DNA of 64,000 nucleotides from a virus: IMG/VR virus record IMGVR_UViG_3300007735_000798, positions 1 to 64,000 of that record; one strand, 5' to 3'. Shown piece by piece: positions 59,220 to 64,000 of this stretch (position 1 is its first letter; each line of letters starts with the position of its first letter). The notes under the pieces were generated by a model. It saw only the letters and a program-made list of their open reading frames with translations, ran no database searches and was not told where the DNA came from. The position numbers and the translations under genes were made by a program.

Positions 59220-60239
59220 TTAATTATTTTCGCGCGCTTTAAAATAATCAGATTTTTCAAGTGTTCCACCCTGTTCTGCGGCTAATTCTAATAAACTTTT
59301 ACCCTTTAATTTTTCTATTTTTACACCTAATTGATTTAAATCTTCTTTTGTAGCCCCCACAAAACTATGAACAGAATTATCTCCATTTCCAGATTTTCTA
59401 TTTTTAGATTTTATACCAGGTATATTTGATTGATTATCAACCCATTGAACAAATTTATCTGGATCATTTACTATTTCATCTAAAATTGGTTTACCATTTT
59501 CTGCATGATTTTTTATTATATTTCTATACATTTTACCATACAAAATAAGATCAATTTGATATTTTGTACAATTAACCGTTGATTTTCCCCAAAAACTGTA
59601 AGCATCTTCGCTTAAATATACAAGATTTTGAAAGAAACCACTTGCAGCAATTCTTTTAATATTATCAGTATTAAATATATTTGAATATGTTTCAAAAGCA
59701 TTTTTAATTTTATCTAGATCCTCTTCTTTTAAATCATAATATTCTTCCCTATTATTGAATAGTTTTTCTGAAAATTCTATATTTTTATAACTAAAAAAAA
59801 ATAATAAATCTTCCGTTAATTTACTATTTGCGTAATCTTCCAAAGTATAACCAACAATTTCTCTACGTTCTTTTGTATAAGTAATTAAAATAGCTTGATT
59901 TTGTTTTATTTGTTTATCAATTTGCTCTTTCTGGGATGATAAAAATAATTTATCTCTAGTTTTATATAAATTTTGTATAGTTTTTTTTAAAAGAGAAATT
60001 GTAGATTCTTTTTCTGATGCCCACCAGCCACCTTTAATAGCAATCTCTATTTTTTCTTTTTCTGATTGGAGGCCCTTTTTTTGTCCATCACTAATAAAAA
60101 TATCATAATTAGTATATACTGAAAAATGTTCAGCGATACTTGGATGTTTAAAATAAATATATGATTTATTTATTTTTTCTTCAGAAAAGCCTCTGCATAT
60201 TTGGCTGTAAATTCTACCATATTCTGCATTTTTATCCAC
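59220..60239 (-). CDS. Hypothetical protein, possible tail assembly chaperone
   Basis: Helical and charged; immediately upstream of the TMP. Confidence 0.5.
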   Translation of the reverse strand: MDKNAEYGRIYSQICRGFSEEKINKSYIYFKHPSIAEHFSVYTNYDIFISDGQKKGLQSEKEKIEIAIKGGWWASEKESTISLLKKTIQNLYKTRDKLFLSSQKEQIDKQIKQNQAILITYTKERREIVGYTLEDYANSKLTEDLLFFFSYKNIEFSEKLFNNREEYYDLKEEDLDKIKNAFETYSNIFNTDNIKRIAASGFFQNLVYLSEDAYSFWGKSTVNCTKYQIDLILYGKMYRNIIKNHAENGKPILDEIVNDPDKFVQWVDNQSNIPGIKSKNRKSGNGDNSVHSFVGATKEDLNQLGVKIEKLKGKSLLELAAEQGGTLEKSDYFKARENN

Positions 60240-60240
60240 A

Positions 60241-61041
60241 TTAACTTGGTTTTATTTCTTCTACGAGAACACTATTTTCTTTAACATTTTCTTCAATTTT
60301 ATTTTCGATGGGATTTTCTTCAATATTGCTTACAGTATTCTCTTTCAAGAAGTTTTTATCAAAAGCTGCAAAATCTTCATTTGTATCTACACGACCTAGA
60401 AACCAAAGCGTGACTAAATAAGTTATTCTACGAATAACACCTAATAAAAATTCATACTTATTTTCTTCTTCTTCTTCAAAACTATCATATTGCAAAAGTT
60501 TTTCTTCAAATGTATCACCTTTAAAAATAGATTTATAATTATCTCCATCTTTTTCGTATGAAAGATTCATGACCCACCAAAGAATTGCACGATTACGAGC
60601 TTTTGCTTCCGCAGTATTTTCAAAAATACTTATTTGAGAAGCTTCAAAATTTTGAATAGCTTTACGAATATCATCAAGATTATTAATTAATTCATCAGAA
60701 CGAATTTTTTCTGCATCCGTCCTTTCAGACTCTCCTTTGATTAGAATTGATTGTAATTCAAAAGAAAGATCACGAAATTTTAAAAGAAGATTTCCATATT
60801 CTTCGCGTTCTTGATCACTAATACTACCGCCCCCATTGGAAAGAATAGTACCCCAAGCAGCTTTTGGTAACACCCCTGCCTTTGCAAAACGCGATGTTTC
60901 GGTGGCATAAAAAAGTTCTCCATCTTCACGTAAACGACGATTTGGTTTGAGTAACCCAAATTTTTTAACGATAGTTTCTTGACTACCATCTTCTTTTTTT
61001 ACAACATTGTTTGCCTCAAATTCGTATAGCCATTTATTCAT
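60241..61041 (-). CDS. Hypothetical protein, possible tail assembly chaperone
   Basis: Acidic coiled-coil protein between the tail tube and the TMP. Confidence 0.5.
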   Translation of the reverse strand: MNKWLYEFEANNVVKKEDGSQETIVKKFGLLKPNRRLREDGELFYATETSRFAKAGVLPKAAWGTILSNGGGSISDQEREEYGNLLLKFRDLSFELQSILIKGESERTDAEKIRSDELINNLDDIRKAIQNFEASQISIFENTAEAKARNRAILWWVMNLSYEKDGDNYKSIFKGDTFEEKLLQYDSFEEEEENKYEFLLGVIRRITYLVTLWFLGRVDTNEDFAAFDKNFLKENTVSNIEENPIENKIEENVKENSVLVEEIKPS

Positions 61042-61050
61042 ATATTTATA

Positions 61051-61275
61051 TTATTTTCCTTTTAAAGTAAAATCAAAATTATTTAATTGTTCTTCTATAT
61101 TTCTATGACAATTATTACCATGATCAAGAACACGTTTTCTTAATCGCTGAAATTCTTCTTCATTAATTTTATTATCACTTTTTAAATCTTCTATACAATA
61201 TAAAAAACTTAAATATAACTTTTTAATTTCTTTATAAATAAGACTTTTAACAAAATTATCAATATTGATATCCAT
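61051..61275 (-). CDS. Small hypothetical protein
   Basis: 74 aa, RKRVLD.GN motif; own GTGTAA/AAGG leader. Confidence 0.65.
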   Translation of the reverse strand: MDINIDNFVKSLIYKEIKKLYLSFLYCIEDLKSDNKINEEEFQRLRKRVLDHGNNCHRNIEEQLNNFDFTLKGK

Positions 61276-61317
61276 ATATAGAACCTTGAGTAACCTTTTA
61301 CCTAATAAGGTTTACAC
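61276..61317 (-). promoter_or_regulatory. GTGTAA motif with tandem AAGG leader
   Basis: GTGTAA-ACCTTATT-AGGTAAAAGGTTACTCAAGGTTCTATAT-ATG. Confidence 0.5.
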
Positions 61318-61322
61318 CAAAT

Positions 61323-61352
61323 AAAAAAAATGGGCACCAAAAGGTGCCCATT
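61323..61352 (-). terminator. Rho-independent terminator after the major tail gene
   Basis: AATGGGCACC-N4-GGTGCCCATT perfect 10-bp stem running into a T tract on the minus strand. Confidence 0.9.
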
Positions 61353-61370
61353 AATTTTAATATAATTATA

Positions 61371-62507
61371 TTATACTCCTTGCGGTGTTGGAGGAGGATT
61401 ATAACTGCCAGATAAAAAGATACCTCTATCTGTTTGTTGAGCACTACCAACCTGTACTTCAAATGTCGCACTCATTGTAGCCCCATCACCGATAGCAGAA
61501 CTAAAGTTTTGGCTTGTTAATTTAGCGCCTCTAAATTCATATGTAAGGGCATTGGCTCCAGTTCCGCCACAAGCAGGTTTTTTCATTGTAATTACGAAAT
61601 TATTTAAATTTGTATCACAAAGTAATGACGATAGATCTCCAGTGCCGTTTGATAAGTCGCCAACTTGAGCATTCATAGTTAATGTAGCTGTAAGTGGGAA
61701 ATCAATTTCACGAGAGAATGCGTAGCGACTACCTAATTTTTGAAGTGGTGTACGCCCAATATCAACTGCTAATGAAAAGTCTTGAACTTTTAAATCAACA
61801 GGGTCAAAACCTAATAAACCAGTTGGTGTAAACGTAATATCACCAGGAAGCAATGCATTTGGAATTGAAGATCCAGTCATGGAAGTAGCTGCTGGAAGTT
61901 TAAATTTAACTCCTGTTAATAGTTGACCATCAGCGGCATTAACACCTGGAGCAACTGCCCCACTCCCACCTGGACTTGCGGCATTAAGATCTCCATAAAT
62001 ACGAACATTCAATCCTTCAATTTCAACGTCAGCACTTGGAATATCACCAACAGCAGCATTAACTGTATATGAAGTTAAGAAGCCATTTCCAATACCAATT
62101 ACGCCAGTTCTTGCGCTAGTATAGCCAGCAGCATCATTACCTTCGTCAGCAATCATTAAATAATAATTTTTTTGATCAGTTGCTCTTGTCAAAAGTCCAG
62201 AAATAATAGAAGCATTACCAGCCGAACCAGTCGTCGCACTAGTTAAACCCAAAAGTCTTTCATTAAGACCGTCAGTCAAATAGTATGAAAAACTTGCTGT
62301 TACAGTTGGAGCTTCTACCTCTAAACGATCAATAGCGGCTAAATTTCCAAATTGATTGACATCTTGGAAAGTGCGTGTAAAATCTTCATCGAAACTTTGA
62401 ACACGACCTAATTGTTGAACGGCTCCAAGACCAGTTTGTTGTCCAGTTGGAGAGACTTGACTCGCATAAAGAGCCAATACATTGTAAATTGTTCTATTTC
62501 TTGCCAT
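61371..62507 (-). CDS. Putative major tail (tube) protein
   Basis: Ala/Gly/Thr-rich beta protein with less AT-biased codons; own promoter motif and terminator; upstream of the TMP. Confidence 0.7.
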   Translation of the reverse strand: MARNRTIYNVLALYASQVSPTGQQTGLGAVQQLGRVQSFDEDFTRTFQDVNQFGNLAAIDRLEVEAPTVTASFSYYLTDGLNERLLGLTSATTGSAGNASIISGLLTRATDQKNYYLMIADEGNDAAGYTSARTGVIGIGNGFLTSYTVNAAVGDIPSADVEIEGLNVRIYGDLNAASPGGSGAVAPGVNAADGQLLTGVKFKLPAATSMTGSSIPNALLPGDITFTPTGLLGFDPVDLKVQDFSLAVDIGRTPLQKLGSRYAFSREIDFPLTATLTMNAQVGDLSNGTGDLSSLLCDTNLNNFVITMKKPACGGTGANALTYEFRGAKLTSQNFSSAIGDGATMSATFEVQVGSAQQTDRGIFLSGSYNPPPTPQGV

Positions 62508-62515
62508 AATTATAA

Positions 62516-62521
62516 TTACAT
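62516..62521 (-). promoter_or_regulatory. ATGTAA variant of the putative late promoter
   Basis: ATGTAA-N8-ATG(62507). Confidence 0.4.
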
Positions 62522-62550
62522 CTTATTTTTTTGTTAGACACTCGATATTT

Positions 62551-63411
62551 TTAATATACTCTTGGTTGTCTAATACTTTTTAGTTCAAAATCTGCTATTG
62601 CAGCTATTGTTTTTTTATTTATATATAAATTTTCTGATTCGTCAAATTTTGTAATATCAACTTTATGAATATAAACTAATTGATTTTGATTTTGCATTTT
62701 ACACATATTTATATAATTATAATTATTTCCATCTTTAAAATCTCCAAAATAGTTAAAAGGTAAATCTTCTGGATTAAATACAGGAAATACTTTTCTGGCA
62801 GAATCAGCAAGAATTGATGTTAAACTATCTAAAGAAAAACTATCTTTTGCTAAAATTATACATCTTATCCAATAATTTGATTCATCTAATCCGCCAAAAG
62901 CAAAAGGTTCATTTTCATTTGTTTTTAATTTTATGAATACGCATGGATATGGTAATTCTAAATAACCAAGAGCGCCAGTAACTCTTGATGTTTGCGGAGT
63001 TAATGAATAAGATTTTTCAAACATCAAACGGTCTTCACGTTCATCTGTATAATATAAATTAAATTCTTTAAAACTATATTGCGTAGTAAAATTTTGATTT
63101 GTTGGAATTTGATTTCCAGAAAAAATAATTCTTCCATGATTATAATCAATCGCTAATCCATTCTGACCACGAGAAATAAACTGCGAACCAGAAACTATTC
63201 CACTTGGGATATAAGCATTTGGAATACTAGAATCATAAATCCATTGTTTAAATGGAGATCCATAAACAGATGATGTCAATTGAAAATTAGGATCTTCTGT
63301 TTCATATAGTTTGCCACTATAAGTAATAAAAGCCTCTCCACGACTTAAAATTTCATGATCTAACCACAAATAAAAACTTGATGTAAGATTATTAATATAA
63401 GAAGCTTTCAT
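62551..63411 (-). CDS. Putative tail terminator/completion protein
   Basis: Position before the tail tube; YPCVFI...NEPFAFGG. Confidence 0.45.
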   Translation of the reverse strand: MKASYINNLTSSFYLWLDHEILSRGEAFITYSGKLYETEDPNFQLTSSVYGSPFKQWIYDSSIPNAYIPSGIVSGSQFISRGQNGLAIDYNHGRIIFSGNQIPTNQNFTTQYSFKEFNLYYTDEREDRLMFEKSYSLTPQTSRVTGALGYLELPYPCVFIKLKTNENEPFAFGGLDESNYWIRCIILAKDSFSLDSLTSILADSARKVFPVFNPEDLPFNYFGDFKDGNNYNYINMCKMQNQNQLVYIHKVDITKFDESENLYINKKTIAAIADFELKSIRQPRVY

Positions 63412-63989
63412 TTAATTTTTCCTCCTAATTTTTTTATGAAATTATTATATAATGGAGTAAAATATGATATTCTAGTAAATACTTTTCCACGAAAATTTTT
63501 TCTTGACTGAATTGCTTTTCCAGAACGCGAATTTTCAAATTTACCATATAGATAAGCACCTAATCCAGATATTGATTTTTCTACTCCCCATAGCCAACTT
63601 CTATTTTCCCATGGCATTTTACTTGCATTACCGAAATCTTCTTTTGAAGGAACATAAATATTTACTACAAAATTATTTTTATTAAATAATATTTTTTTAT
63701 TAATCTTTATATTATTCAATAATGACAATATTGGAGCAATTGGGTTCGAACTATTAGAAAAACCAATGAATGAAAATAAATTTCCATAACCACCTAAAGT
63801 TCCAGATAAATTACTAGCATTTTCTCCACCCTCAATTTCTTGAGTAACAGGATGTTCTTTAAATTTTGTAATTAGAATATTTTTTTCAGCTTCTACCGAA
63901 GCATTGGCAATTTGTAAAACTTTTTTTTGAACATTTGAATTTTCAAAAATTATTTTTTTTAAAGCTTGTTTATCTATTTTTCCAGCCAT
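63408..63989 (-). CDS. Putative neck/tail completion protein
   Basis: Basic 193-aa protein at the head-tail joining position; ATGA overlap with the next gene. Confidence 0.4.
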   Translation of the reverse strand: MAGKIDKQALKKIIFENSNVQKKVLQIANASVEAEKNILITKFKEHPVTQEIEGGENASNLSGTLGGYGNLFSFIGFSNSSNPIAPILSLLNNIKINKKILFNKNNFVVNIYVPSKEDFGNASKMPWENRSWLWGVEKSISGLGAYLYGKFENSRSGKAIQSRKNFRGKVFTRISYFTPLYNNFIKKLGGKIK

Positions 63990-64000
63990 ATTAATTACTT

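Noticed and set aside
60200-60320. Programmed frameshift joining the two chaperone-like ORFs
   Set aside because: No canonical XXXYYYZ slippery site seen near the end of 60241..61041; the next ORF has its own GTG right after the stop.
1-64000. Stop-codon recoding or tRNA genes
   Set aside because: The standard code gives near-complete coding density, and intergenic gaps are short with no cloverleaf seen.

Overview
The window is a gene-dense, strongly AT-rich segment of a large tailed dsDNA phage genome (or prophage), translated with the standard code. No tRNA, rRNA or CRISPR array was seen. (i) 1-1.3 kb: small putative head-cargo genes, including a ferritin/Dps-like protein. (ii) 1.3-10.7 kb: replication module with a DnaE-type Pol III alpha split into three genes (degenerate PHP, DEDDh exonuclease, catalytic), a PD-(D/E)XK nuclease, HNH endonuclease, dCMP deaminase, primase, DnaB and dNMP kinase. 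(iii) 10.7-34.7 kb: large glycan-synthesis region (about 13 glycosyltransferase-like ORFs, 2 methyltransferases, GMD, a ColD-like 3-dehydratase, an NRS/ER-like epimerase-reductase) interleaved with recA, class II RNR, an SSB-like gene and a sigma factor. (iv) 35-64 kb: tail module. The most striking feature is the 2964-aa tape measure protein, punctuated by 11 in-frame G(F/Y)(I/V)PN(F/Y)A motifs plus one degenerate copy. These motifs delimit cassette-like modules that include an R-S-E ADP-ribosyltransferase-like domain, a weaker second ART-like domain and two paralogous PD-(D/E)XK-like domains, suggesting a virion-delivered effector array. Other candidates are a possible [S/T]-G virion glycosylation sequon, twin tandem-GA hairpins at the strand divergence, and two promoter classes. 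All family assignments come from motif recognition by eye; no database searches were run.
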